A DNA stretch of 64,000 bases from an uncultured Myxococcales bacterium (GTDB taxonomy: Bacteria; Myxococcota_A; UBA9042; DTJE01): contig CAIZWN010000071.1 of the NCBI GenBank assembly GCA_903936705.1, positions 51,050 to 115,049 on the forward strand, written 5' to 3'. Under the pieces are notes generated by a model. That model did no database searches. It saw nothing but the letters and a program-made list of their open reading frames with translations, and had not been told where the DNA came from. The position numbers were made by a program, and so were the translations under genes. Below are positions 29,419 to 38,928 of this stretch, in pieces (positions within the stretch are counted from its first letter, which is position 1; each line of letters opens with the position of its first letter).

Positions 29419-31923
29419 TCAAAGCAGGACCTGGCGTTCGCCGCGGCTGTCGGGCGGGCCTACTATTGCCCTTCGCTCGAGTGTTTCCATGATACGGGCA
29501 GACCGGTTGTAGCCGATCTTCAGCTTGCGCTGAAGGAACGAGATGCTCGCGCGGCGGCTTTCCAGCACTATGTCCTGGGCCTCGGACAGCAGCGGGTCGA
29601 GGTCGTCAGGGTCCTCTTCTGCCTCGGAGTCGTTGGACGAAGACAGGATTTCCATCCTGTATTCGGGGGTTCCCTGCGCTTTCAGATGCGCGGTTACGCG
29701 ACCGACTTCCTCGTCAGCCACGAACGGGCCGTGGATGCGCGAAAGCACCGATGATCCGGGGCGCAGGAACAGCATGTCGCCAAAGCCCAGCAGCGCGTCG
29801 GCCCCGGATTGGTCCAGGATAATGCGGCTGTCGATCTTCGAGGACACGCGGAACGCGATACGTGATGGGAAGTTGGCCTTAATCAGACCCGTGATGACCT
29901 CTTTGGAAGGTCTTTGCGTCGCCATCACCAGGTGGATGCCGGCAGCTCGTGCCTTCTGCGCCAGGCGGGCGACCGCCGTCTCTACGTCCTTGGACGCCAC
30001 CATCATCAGGTCTGCGAATTCGTCCAGGACGATGACGATGTAGGGAAGCTTCTTCAGATCTTCATCGTCCGGGTCGATGTCCGTAACATGTGCAAGCGGT
30101 GCGATCTCTGTGTCACCAACATCTGCCCCCAGCGGATATTCGCCTCGTCCAAGCAGTCGATCGATTCGCTGATTGAACGACTGAAGGTTGCGGGTGCCGA
30201 AACGTGCCAGCAGTTCGTACCGACGCTCCATCTCCTCGACGGCCCAGCGCAAAGCGGCTGCCGCGTGCTTTGGATCGTAGACTACCGGCAGCAACAGGTG
30301 TGGAATGCCCTCGTAAACCTGCAACTCGACGACCTTCGGGTCGACGAGGATCATCCTGACCTCTTCGGGAGATGCGTTGTACAGGAGGCTGAGGATGAAG
30401 GCGTTGACGGCAACTGACTTGCCCGAACCGGTCGCGCCAGCAATCAGCAAGTGGGGCATCTTGGCCAGGTCAGTGACCATTGGTGTGCCGAAGATGTCCT
30501 TTCCCAGTGCCAGGGTCAACTTGCTGCGGGAACGGGCAAATGCCTCGGACGCGAGGATCTCGCGCAGGTAGACTGTTTCTCGCAGGGCGTTGGGCACCTC
30601 GATTCCGACGACGCCCTTGCCTGGAATCGGCGCGACGATGCGGATGCTGACTGCCTCCAGCGCCATGGTCAGGTCGTCGGACAGGTTTGCGATCTGGCTG
30701 ATTTTCACGCCGGGTGCAGGCAGGAATTCGTACATGGTGACTACGGGACCCGGGTGGATCTCGACCACCTTTCCTTCAACCTTGTAGTCCAGCAGCTTGC
30801 GCTCGAGGGTTTCGGCGTTGCGTCGCAGAAGGTCCCGATCGATGACGGCGTCCCGCGCCTGGACCGCATCAAGCAGTGACAGTGGCGGCGGATTGTACGG
30901 ATCCGAGGCAACTCGGGGCAGGGGCAGCGACTCCTGGATCTGAGGCTGGCGCTGGTGCGTTACCACGATCCGCGGGCTGCGCGTTGGCTCCATGCGCGGC
31001 GCGTCCGACGACCCGGCTTGGCCTGGAGGGCTATGAGCGATATCCAGGACCAGGGGGGAAGGTCCGGCGGACACGTCCTCGCTTGGCTCTTTCGCGGAAA
31101 AATTCGATGGACGGTTTTTGCCGATCGTCTGCCTAGTGCCAGCCTGGGGATCCTGCTGGTCGGATGGGAACGTGAACTCCCGTCGAACATCGATGCGAGT
31201 GTCCGACAAGCCATTCGAACTGGCCAATTGCAACGGAGCCGTGTTCGCCTCGCGGAAGGCGTCAGCCTCTTTTTCGGCCACACTGCGGCGCCGTATGCGG
31301 GAATACGCTGCACGCATGGTCGAGACGGTTGCAGTTCGAAGACCTGTCCAGGCAGCAGTGGCGACAGCCAACAACATCCGCCCGATCGCACGCAGGAGCG
31401 CGCCAATCGACTGTCCGGCCAGGTAGGACAGTGCTATCAGCAGCGTAGTCGAGGCAACCAGCGCCGCCCCTCCGTACGAAAGCAAGGCAGCCAGCATCTC
31501 GCCAGCATACATGCCCAGGCGCCCGGCCGGCAGGTACCCGAAGGGCCGTGTTTCCGGGATGCCAATCTGCAGCAGAATTGCCATCATGACCATCGCAACA
31601 GCGGTCCATATGACATTGCGTGGCACCAGGAGAGGCGGCCGACGAAATACGGCGCGCAAACCGATGATGCCGAGAACCATCGTGAACGGGAACGATACCG
31701 TTCCCAGGACCCACAAGAACAGATCGGCCATGTGTGCGCCGACCGGACCCAGGAAATTGGCTGTCGTGTCCCCGGCCCCTGCCCGCACGTCCAGTCTGTC
31801 CGACGTTGCCAAGGCCAGCAGCAGCACCAGCGAGAACAGTGCCAGCAGGGCCCCGTACACCTCAAGCCGCAGAAGGCTGGATGCGGAAACTTCGTCCTGG
31901 GATCCGAGGGGCTCGTCCTTCAT
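29419..31923 (-). CDS. ftsK: DNA translocase FtsK/SpoIIIE
   Basis: N-terminal TM segments, Pro-rich linker, motor domain with GATGSGKSV Walker A, and a C-terminal gamma/winged-helix region (ISFLQRKLKIGYNRSARIMETLE). ATG at 31923. Confidence 0.95.
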   Translation of the reverse strand: MKDEPLGSQDEVSASSLLRLEVYGALLALFSLVLLLALATSDRLDVRAGAGDTTANFLGPVGAHMADLFLWVLGTVSFPFTMVLGIIGLRAVFRRPPLLVPRNVIWTAVAMVMMAILLQIGIPETRPFGYLPAGRLGMYAGEMLAALLSYGGAALVASTTLLIALSYLAGQSIGALLRAIGRMLLAVATAAWTGLRTATVSTMRAAYSRIRRRSVAEKEADAFREANTAPLQLASSNGLSDTRIDVRREFTFPSDQQDPQAGTRQTIGKNRPSNFSAKEPSEDVSAGPSPLVLDIAHSPPGQAGSSDAPRMEPTRSPRIVVTHQRQPQIQESLPLPRVASDPYNPPPLSLLDAVQARDAVIDRDLLRRNAETLERKLLDYKVEGKVVEIHPGPVVTMYEFLPAPGVKISQIANLSDDLTMALEAVSIRIVAPIPGKGVVGIEVPNALRETVYLREILASEAFARSRSKLTLALGKDIFGTPMVTDLAKMPHLLIAGATGSGKSVAVNAFILSLLYNASPEEVRMILVDPKVVELQVYEGIPHLLLPVVYDPKHAAAALRWAVEEMERRYELLARFGTRNLQSFNQRIDRLLGRGEYPLGADVGDTEIAPLAHVTDIDPDDEDLKKLPYIVIVLDEFADLMMVASKDVETAVARLAQKARAAGIHLVMATQRPSKEVITGLIKANFPSRIAFRVSSKIDSRIILDQSGADALLGFGDMLFLRPGSSVLSRIHGPFVADEEVGRVTAHLKAQGTPEYRMEILSSSNDSEAEEDPDDLDPLLSEAQDIVLESRRASISFLQRKLKIGYNRSARIMETLERRAIVGPPDSRGERQVLL

Positions 31924-32130
31924 TCCTGCAATTGCTCCCGTAGTGGCCCCCTGCTTGACTGGCAAACAGCTCTACACCTTAACATTGCATATTCAGGCAT
32001 GCCAAAATGGCGGCAGATTTTCGTTGCGGACGCGAGGGTGGATCGCTTTCGACAAAAGATATGGGGTGTGCTTTCTTGATTGGTGGGTGAGCGGATGCTA
32101 CCCTTGGTTCGGTTCAATCAGCGGGCCTGC

Positions 32131-33084
32131 ATGGAGTTGACCTGTCTTAATTGTACTGGAGCCTTCGAGGTTGATGACGCTGCGGCCGATGGGGTCGCGG
32201 GGACGCTGGACTGCCCTCTTTGCGGAAGGGAGCAGCGTTTCGTTGCAAAGGGAGATCATCATATTGCGGAGTTCGAGCCATCCGAGGCCGCCGCTCGTCG
32301 CGAGCCGGTTTCAGACGGTTTTGGTGCAGCATTCCGCAAGCCCATGCAGGCTTTCGGGGGCCGAAGGGGAGCACGGCCCGGTGGTGCACCGGTATCTGGA
32401 TCCGCGGCACCTTCAGGCGAATCGCCGCGGATTTCGTCCACCGAGATGGCTTCCGCCAACCAGGTCTTTCCCCCGGCAGATAACTTCCGATTGAGGCCGG
32501 TTAACCTCCAGGCGGAATCGCCGATCCCGGACGAGCGGCTTGTCGAGTTAAAGCCTAACCCTGAAATACTTGATCCTGTCTCCGGATCCTGGGCTGTGAA
32601 GTCCCCAACCGGCCTGGTACTGGAGTTCCCCGAATCCGCCCTTCTGGTCAACTGGTCGGCAGTGGTCGAGAACCCGGCGCCTTACCAGGTTTCGCGTGGG
32701 GGGGAAACCTGGATGTCCCTGGAGGAATTCCTCCGTGAGACCAAGCGCGGCGTGCGGGCTACCCAGGCCTTCAGACGGACGTTGGACGAGCGGGGTTCGG
32801 GCCTGATACCCGTTCCCTTGGAGTCCGTTGCTGGCAGTTCATTCGCGCAGCCGCAGGATCCTGTTTCAATTGGCTTGCAGGGGGAACAACCTGGAGCCCC
32901 GGGGACTGTGGTTGCGACGCAAGCTTCCCAGCGAAATGCGGTTTCCACGACTGCCCAATTCACATTCAAGATTGCCACCAACAAGAAAACGGGCTTTCCG
33001 CGTTGGGCTGTTGCCCTGATCGTAGGCGGCGTGCTGGTGCTGCTGGGCAGTGGGGCAGCAGTGGCATTCCTGTTTCTGAAATGA
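32131..33084 (+). CDS. membrane-anchored protein with N-terminal MJ0042-type zinc ribbon
   Basis: MELTCLNCTGAFEV...LDCPLCGREQRF (CxxC...CxxC). A single C-terminal TM segment (WAVALIVGGVLVLLGSGAAVAFLFL). Confidence 0.6.
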   Translation: MELTCLNCTGAFEVDDAAADGVAGTLDCPLCGREQRFVAKGDHHIAEFEPSEAAARREPVSDGFGAAFRKPMQAFGGRRGARPGGAPVSGSAAPSGESPRISSTEMASANQVFPPADNFRLRPVNLQAESPIPDERLVELKPNPEILDPVSGSWAVKSPTGLVLEFPESALLVNWSAVVENPAPYQVSRGGETWMSLEEFLRETKRGVRATQAFRRTLDERGSGLIPVPLESVAGSSFAQPQDPVSIGLQGEQPGAPGTVVATQASQRNAVSTTAQFTFKIATNKKTGFPRWAVALIVGGVLVLLGSGAAVAFLFLK

Positions 33085-33099
33085 TTGCCGGCGGTAATT

Positions 33100-34743
33100 A
33101 TGGGAAAGGTCATATACATACGTACCAGTGACGGTGTGCTGCTGCGTTTCGAGGAAGCGGCGAAAGTACAGGCCTGGATTTCCAACGGTCGGCTGGGGCC
33201 GGCCGATTTGTACCTTGGTGGAGATCAGGGGTGGCATCCACTGTCCGAAATGCACGAGCCCGAGGGGGCGATGTTGCAAATGGCGCCGCCGCCTGCGTCT
33301 GGCAGGTCCGGACCGGTGGCCAAGTCGCTGGGTGCCGAAGAGCCTTCGGTCAGCCCATCCAGGAAGAAGAAACCCGAAGGCCCTGTCCGACGCGAGGCAA
33401 AGTCGCACAAGGCAGCTTCGCGACAGGTCGAGACTTCGATTGAAGCAATCCAGGCGCCTAGGGCGGAAGTGGCCGACCCGGTCGGTGTTGAGGCGATTCC
33501 GGCGGCATTGGCGAACGATGTGGTTCCGGTTGCCGAGGTCAAGCCAATTCCGGTTGCTCAGCCTGCCGGCGCCAGCAGCGTGGTAAAGACCGAACCGTCA
33601 CTTCGTCCGTTAGTGGTCGAGGCCAAGACGACTTCTCCGGAGCCGGTTGCGACTGTTCAGATGGTTGCGCAGGTTGATGTGCAGCGCGACGTGCTTGATG
33701 CGCCATCCGCCTTTTCCGTCGGGACCGAACTGGTCGGATCTGCACTGGATTCGGATTTGTGGGCGGCTGACCCCATTGGCGGGGCAGCCAGACGAAAGGC
33801 AACGCTGAAGCGCGCGATACCGTTCGCTATGCTGGTGTCCCTTGGCCTTGGCGGGCTTGTGGCCCTTGTCGTCTTGTCAAAGGAGGCCGAGATACCCGAG
33901 ATGCCCCCGGTTGCTGCGGTTTCTCCCATTCGGGAGGAGGGTGGCGCAGAGCCGGTTGCGGCACCCGTTGTCAAGGCGGCCGAGCCCGTCGAGTCGGAGC
34001 CGGCAGTTGCTCCGGTTGCCGCCAAGGTGCCGTCCCCCGATAAAGTACGGGCGATCGAATACGAACCATTTGCAGATCGAAAGAGCCCAGTGGCAGCACC
34101 TGTAGTGACGGCCCCACCGGTCAAGCCCGTCGTGCCTGACGTTGTCAGCCTTCGTGGCGGCGAAGCTGCACAGCCGGCCGTGCCAGCCGAATCCGCGGCT
34201 TCAGCCAGTCCGGTTCCGGCACGGCAGACCCCCGTACTTCGCACGGCAAGCGCAGATTCAAAGGAGGCTCGCGCCGCCTTGGTGCCACCGGCCGCTGTCC
34301 GCACGGTGCCGCCGGTTGCTGTTCGTGCTGTGCCGCCGGACTCGCGAGCGACCCCTGCTGCCAAGGAGCCTGTCGCCACCGAAGAACCGGATACCTTCGA
34401 CGGCCACATGGCTGCCGGTAATCGCGAGGTAAACCGCAATCCGGCGCTTGCGCAGGAACATTTCCAGTTGGCGGCACAGGCGCGGCCTGGACGTGTAGAG
34501 CCTGTGACTCGTCTGGGTGATTGCGCTGTCAGGATGGGCGACGTCGAGACCGCCGAGAAGCAATATCGGGCCGCCCTCAAGATAGGCGCGTCATTCTCGC
34601 CTGCGCTGCTGGGAATGGCGCGGGTTCAGAAGGCCCTGGGCAGCGCTTCCGACGCGCGGTACTACTACACCAGGTATCTCGATGTGAATCCGAAGGGCAG
34701 CCAGGCCGAAGAGGCCCAGTCCTACCTTGAACGCAACCCCTAG
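33100..34743 (+). CDS. GYF_2-like domain / TM / Pro-Ala-rich linker / C-terminal TPR protein
   Basis: N-terminus IYIRTSDGVLLRFEEAAKVQAWISNGRLGPADLYLGGDQGWHPLSEM (GYF_2/DUF4339-like). TM segment FAMLVSLGLGGLVALVVL. C-terminal TPR-like repeats (AEKQYRAALKIGASFSPALLGMARV..., ARYYYTRYLDVNP). Confidence 0.6.
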   Translation: MGKVIYIRTSDGVLLRFEEAAKVQAWISNGRLGPADLYLGGDQGWHPLSEMHEPEGAMLQMAPPPASGRSGPVAKSLGAEEPSVSPSRKKKPEGPVRREAKSHKAASRQVETSIEAIQAPRAEVADPVGVEAIPAALANDVVPVAEVKPIPVAQPAGASSVVKTEPSLRPLVVEAKTTSPEPVATVQMVAQVDVQRDVLDAPSAFSVGTELVGSALDSDLWAADPIGGAARRKATLKRAIPFAMLVSLGLGGLVALVVLSKEAEIPEMPPVAAVSPIREEGGAEPVAAPVVKAAEPVESEPAVAPVAAKVPSPDKVRAIEYEPFADRKSPVAAPVVTAPPVKPVVPDVVSLRGGEAAQPAVPAESAASASPVPARQTPVLRTASADSKEARAALVPPAAVRTVPPVAVRAVPPDSRATPAAKEPVATEEPDTFDGHMAAGNREVNRNPALAQEHFQLAAQARPGRVEPVTRLGDCAVRMGDVETAEKQYRAALKIGASFSPALLGMARVQKALGSASDARYYYTRYLDVNPKGSQAEEAQSYLERNP

Positions 34744-34749
34744 TCCAGG

Positions 34750-37062
34750 GTGCCGCTTGCCGATGCCGGGTCGCGTCGCTACCATACCGTCGTGAGTCAT
34801 CCCATTCGACGCGCACTGTTCCTGAACCCGACGCTGCACCTCCCTGCCGATTTCGTGGACTACCCCTGGTTTGCGCACCACGGCCTTTTGTTCGCCGCGG
34901 CTCGTGTTGCCAGGGCCGGATGGCAGGTCAAGCTGACCGACACCTTTGCGCTGCCGACCTCCGATCGTGTCGCGGATGGTTCTGGTTGGCGGTTGGGCGC
35001 TCCCGAGTCGGACCTGCTGGATGCAATTCCTGAAGGCCCTTTCGGTTTGGTTGTCATTGGATCGTCGTCCTTTTTAAGGCCATATCTGCCTGATCCACGC
35101 ACCGCCGCTTTCGTGGCTGCGGTCGGCAGGCGCTTTCCCGAGGCTGCCATCGTTCTTGCAGACGCCGATGTTGGAGGCATGCACGCGGTGGACTACGTGG
35201 GGACTTCGGTCATTGAAAAAATGGGTGCCCTGGACGTCGTGCTACGTCATTCTGGTGAAGATTTCTTTGGCGACCCGGATCGGCTGGTAGCATTGAAGGG
35301 TTCCCGTTCCGAGGTGCTTGATCCGCCCGGTCAGTGGGATGCACTTCCTCCATTTCCGTTGCTGGATGACCTGGACGCCGGTATGTACGGGGCTTTCCTT
35401 TGGCGCTGTTTTCGCGATGGCACGTGGTCGAACCCGTTCGGGATCGACGCATTCACCCGCCCGTTCATGACCTCCAGCGGATGTCCGCATCGCTGTGTCT
35501 TCTGCAGCAGCAACGCGGGCTGGCGGCAGACCGGTTGCAAGGTCCAGCGCGTGGTGCCACTTCATGTCCTGAAGGATTGGGCTTTCCTGGCTTCCCGCGT
35601 ACACGGCGCGCGCAAGCTGTTCATCCTTGACGAGATGGCCAACCTGCGCCACGACTTTGTAGAAATGTTGGAAATATTCGCGCAGCTCGACTTGCGCTAT
35701 GAGTTTCCGAACGGCCTGCGTGCTGACCGTTTGACCTCCGAAGCCATCGCGATGATGAAGGAGCGCATTTCACTGCTGTCGGTGTCAGCCGAGAGCGCCA
35801 GTGCCGCTGATCTGGCCGGCCCAATAGGCAAGCGCCAGGATCCGGCCCAGGTCGAACGCGTTGTTGCGGAAGCTGCCGGAATCGGTCTGCCAACGCTGGT
35901 CCATTTCGTGGTCGGGTTTCCCTGGGAGACGCCGAAATCGGTGCTGGCGACCCTTGATTTCGCCTGGCGCCTGTTCGACACCTATGGTGCGGCGCCCTCG
36001 GTCCAGTTTGCCACTCCACTGCGCGGCACGCCTCTCTTCGACATTTGCGTGCAGTCGGGCTTGATGTCTCCCGACGCCGGTACCTCGGCCGACGGCACGC
36101 TGTTTCAGCATCGTCCGGCGTTTCGGCCGCCGGCGATTCCCGAAGGCTGGTTGCAGACCGCTCACGCCATGTTTCGTCGCAAGGTTGAATCGGCATCGTC
36201 ACGCAAGGTCATCATCAACCTGACCTACGAGTGCATCAATGCGTGCGAGTTCTGCGCCGTTTCGAACCGCGAGAAACGTGACATCCCGTGGCCCCGGCTT
36301 CAGCAGTTCATCCGAGAATACAGGGCGCAAGGTCTGGATCAGATTGACCTTGACGGAGGCGAGCCAACTCTTCATCCCAACCTTGTCGACTCGATCAGAC
36401 TGGCCCGCGAGATAGGCTATAGGGAGATCAACGTCACCACCAACGGAAGGCGCCTGGCAGATTCAGTCTGGGCAAGGGAATTCCTATCCAGCGGGGTCAC
36501 CAGCGTTCTTGTTTCACTGCACGGTGAATCGTCAGGGATCCATGATGCGATAGTAGGTGTCCCTGGGGCCTTCGACGAGACCCTGGCTGGCATCAGAAAC
36601 CTGGTGACACTGCGAAAACATGGTCAGGACCTTGGGGTCAACATCACGGTATGCCGTCGCAACGTGGAACATCTTGATGCGCTTTTTGAATTGCTGGACC
36701 GCGAGCGCATAGACAAGGTGAACCTGCAATTGGTCACGCCGTTCGGATCGGCACGGCAGGATGTCGTTCCACCGGAGAGCCAGGCGACCGCAGCGGTGTG
36801 CCGGGTACTGGACCGCTTCGGAAAGTCGATGCGTTTGCACGTTGTAAACGCGCAGTTCTGCCTGTTTCCGGGTTACGAATCCTATCTTGGCGGAGACGTC
36901 GGCAAGGTGGGTCGTACGATGATCTTCGTGTCCGAAGAGAAGGTGAACCTGTTTGAATACCTGGCGGCCCGCCGCGTCCGTCGCCCGCCGTGCCTCGTCT
37001 GTCCCTGGGCTCCGGTGTGCGACGGCTTTTTCAAATTCGAGGAGGATGCCTCCGATGTCTGA
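34750..37062 (+). CDS. double radical SAM protein: B12-binding-like/class-B-type rSAM half fused to a MoaA/PqqE-like rSAM half with a C-terminal Cys motif
   Basis: Two CX3CX2C motifs: CPHRCVFC (aa 245-252, nt ~35482) and CINACEFC (aa 495-502, nt ~36232). The second half has GGEPTLHPN, TTNGRRL, VSLHGESSGIHDAIVGVPGAFDETLAGIRNL and terminal CLVCPWAPVCDG. Start is GTG 34750 (7 nt after the upstream stop) or GTG 34792. Confidence 0.8.
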   Translation: MPLADAGSRRYHTVVSHPIRRALFLNPTLHLPADFVDYPWFAHHGLLFAAARVARAGWQVKLTDTFALPTSDRVADGSGWRLGAPESDLLDAIPEGPFGLVVIGSSSFLRPYLPDPRTAAFVAAVGRRFPEAAIVLADADVGGMHAVDYVGTSVIEKMGALDVVLRHSGEDFFGDPDRLVALKGSRSEVLDPPGQWDALPPFPLLDDLDAGMYGAFLWRCFRDGTWSNPFGIDAFTRPFMTSSGCPHRCVFCSSNAGWRQTGCKVQRVVPLHVLKDWAFLASRVHGARKLFILDEMANLRHDFVEMLEIFAQLDLRYEFPNGLRADRLTSEAIAMMKERISLLSVSAESASAADLAGPIGKRQDPAQVERVVAEAAGIGLPTLVHFVVGFPWETPKSVLATLDFAWRLFDTYGAAPSVQFATPLRGTPLFDICVQSGLMSPDAGTSADGTLFQHRPAFRPPAIPEGWLQTAHAMFRRKVESASSRKVIINLTYECINACEFCAVSNREKRDIPWPRLQQFIREYRAQGLDQIDLDGGEPTLHPNLVDSIRLAREIGYREINVTTNGRRLADSVWAREFLSSGVTSVLVSLHGESSGIHDAIVGVPGAFDETLAGIRNLVTLRKHGQDLGVNITVCRRNVEHLDALFELLDRERIDKVNLQLVTPFGSARQDVVPPESQATAAVCRVLDRFGKSMRLHVVNAQFCLFPGYESYLGGDVGKVGRTMIFVSEEKVNLFEYLAARRVRRPPCLVCPWAPVCDGFFKFEEDASDV

Positions 37063-37993
37063 TCGTGCAGCCTTCGGTGTTGTTGATGACATGTCGGACG
37101 TCCTGGTGGACGTAATCCTCGGCTACGAGTGCAATGTCCAATGCGACTACTGCTCGATCACGCCGGGGATGCGACTCAGCAACATGTCGACCAAGGTGGT
37201 GATCGAGGAACTGGCCCGCGCCCGGGCGCTGGGAATGTCGCGAGTGGCGTTTGGCGGCGGCGAGCCTACCATCCGCCGGGACCTGTTCCCGCTGGTCAGA
37301 TACGCCCGGGATCGCGGCTTTGCGTCGGTCAAGGTGTCGTCGAACGGACTGATGTACTCGTACGAGGACTACGTGCGCCAGGCGATCGAGGCCGGGATCA
37401 CCGATTTTCATGTTTCGGTGATGGCGCATACGCCGGAACTCTACAGGAAGATTCTGGGGCATAAGGAAGGCCTCGAACTGGTCACTCGTGGGGTCGGCAA
37501 CCTTGTTGCGGCGGGACATGTGCCGGTCCTGGATCTGATCGTGAAGGACGACACCTACATGCACCTGTCGGATATCATCGCGTACTGGGCGGCCCTGGGC
37601 GCGCGAATGTTCCCGCTGTGGCTGGTGTCCTTGTCGGACCGGAACCGCGACAACGTGGACTCTCTTCCCCCGGTCTCGCTGATGCGGGCGTCCCTGGTTG
37701 CGGCCTTCGAGCGCGGGCGCGAACTGGGCGTCACCGTCTATTCAAGGCATATTCCTCGATGCATGTTGCGGGGGTACGAGGCTTTCTGTCGGGACCTCCG
37801 TGATGATCGCGTGCTGGTTGTCACTCCAGGATCCAGGTTCTTCCTTTGGGAGTCGGCCATCAGTCCGAACACTTACAGCCCCAGGTGCGAGTCGTGTCTG
37901 TACGTTCGACGGGAGTGCCAGGGGATCCGTCGGGACTATTTGGAACGCCACGGGGATGCCGAGGTCGTGCCCTACGAGGGTCGGGATGGATGA
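37055..37993 (+). CDS. radical SAM protein (paralog of 6907..7998)
   Basis: CNVQCDYC, GGGEPTIRRD, SSNGLMY, VSVMAH..., C-terminal CESCLYVRRECQG. ATG at 37055 overlaps the upstream stop (ATGTCTGA), with GAGGAGGA as RBS. Confidence 0.85.
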   Translation: MSDRAAFGVVDDMSDVLVDVILGYECNVQCDYCSITPGMRLSNMSTKVVIEELARARALGMSRVAFGGGEPTIRRDLFPLVRYARDRGFASVKVSSNGLMYSYEDYVRQAIEAGITDFHVSVMAHTPELYRKILGHKEGLELVTRGVGNLVAAGHVPVLDLIVKDDTYMHLSDIIAYWAALGARMFPLWLVSLSDRNRDNVDSLPPVSLMRASLVAAFERGRELGVTVYSRHIPRCMLRGYEAFCRDLRDDRVLVVTPGSRFFLWESAISPNTYSPRCESCLYVRRECQGIRRDYLERHGDAEVVPYEGRDG

Positions 37994-38918
37994 TCGAGAC
38001 GCGCTGCCTGGCAGCAATTCGTTCGACTACATACCGGTTCGGGAACTTCAAGGCTTCATGCTGGACGTTTCATGCTGCACCGCGCGTGAACTGGGTCTTT
38101 CCCGCGCAGCTACCAGCCGCGCCGTTATCGTGGCTGTGGATGCGAGGTTCGTGCTTTGCAGGACGGACACTGGGGACTTCTCGGATGCCCAGGTCAGGCT
38201 CGTTGTTCATCAGCGGGGCCAGCTGTATCTGGATGTCTCGGGAAAGCCGGCGATAACGGATTTCGGGCGCGACGTCCGTCAGGTCGTGGTTTCGCCGACG
38301 TGCCGGTCCTGCCCGGACCTGGCAACATGCTGTGCCTGCTATGTTCCGACGTTCGCCTGGTTCTTCGAGGATGACGAGAAGGTCCTGGAGGACTGGCTGC
38401 GGGCCAGGCGAGGCCGCCTGCTTGACGTGGGAATGGGTTTTGCCCCATACCGCGAGGCAATGTCCGACGCGATTCTAGGCGGTCGGCTGGAGTACCACGG
38501 CCTTGACCCCGATCCTGCGGTCATTGCGGCGGCCGGGGCCTCGGGACTTCCGATGAGCCTGCACGAGGTTGCCATCGAGGCGTTTGTGGGCTGCGAAGGA
38601 TTCTTCGATGCGGCAGTGGCATTGCGTAGCTTGAACCATTTTCAAGATGTTGATTGCGCGCTTGACGTCATTGCCAGGTGTCTTCGCCCCGGGGCCGAGG
38701 TTCTGATGATCGAATCGTTGCCATTGCCGCTGGTTCGTTCGCGCAGGCATGCTTCGCTATGCCATGTCGAGGCGGCCGGAGGACACGCTCATCTCAGGAA
38801 CTGGGACTCGTCGCAGGTCGTTGCGCGCCTGCCGGGTCGTCCATTCTCGGTAGTCCAGGAACGGCCGGTCGGTCGCGACACGTGCGACCAGTGGATTCTT
38901 CGATTGCGCCGGGATTGA
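37986..38918 (+). CDS. class I SAM-dependent methyltransferase with Cys-rich N-terminal domain
   Basis: LLDVGMGFAPY (motif I-like), LRPGAEVLMIE (post-II/III-like). N-terminal CRSCPDLATCCACY. ATG at 37986 overlaps the upstream stop (ATGGATGA). Confidence 0.65.
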   Translation: MDDRDALPGSNSFDYIPVRELQGFMLDVSCCTARELGLSRAATSRAVIVAVDARFVLCRTDTGDFSDAQVRLVVHQRGQLYLDVSGKPAITDFGRDVRQVVVSPTCRSCPDLATCCACYVPTFAWFFEDDEKVLEDWLRARRGRLLDVGMGFAPYREAMSDAILGGRLEYHGLDPDPAVIAAAGASGLPMSLHEVAIEAFVGCEGFFDAAVALRSLNHFQDVDCALDVIARCLRPGAEVLMIESLPLPLVRSRRHASLCHVEAAGGHAHLRNWDSSQVVARLPGRPFSVVQERPVGRDTCDQWILRLRRD

Positions 38919-38928
38919 AAACCCGAGA

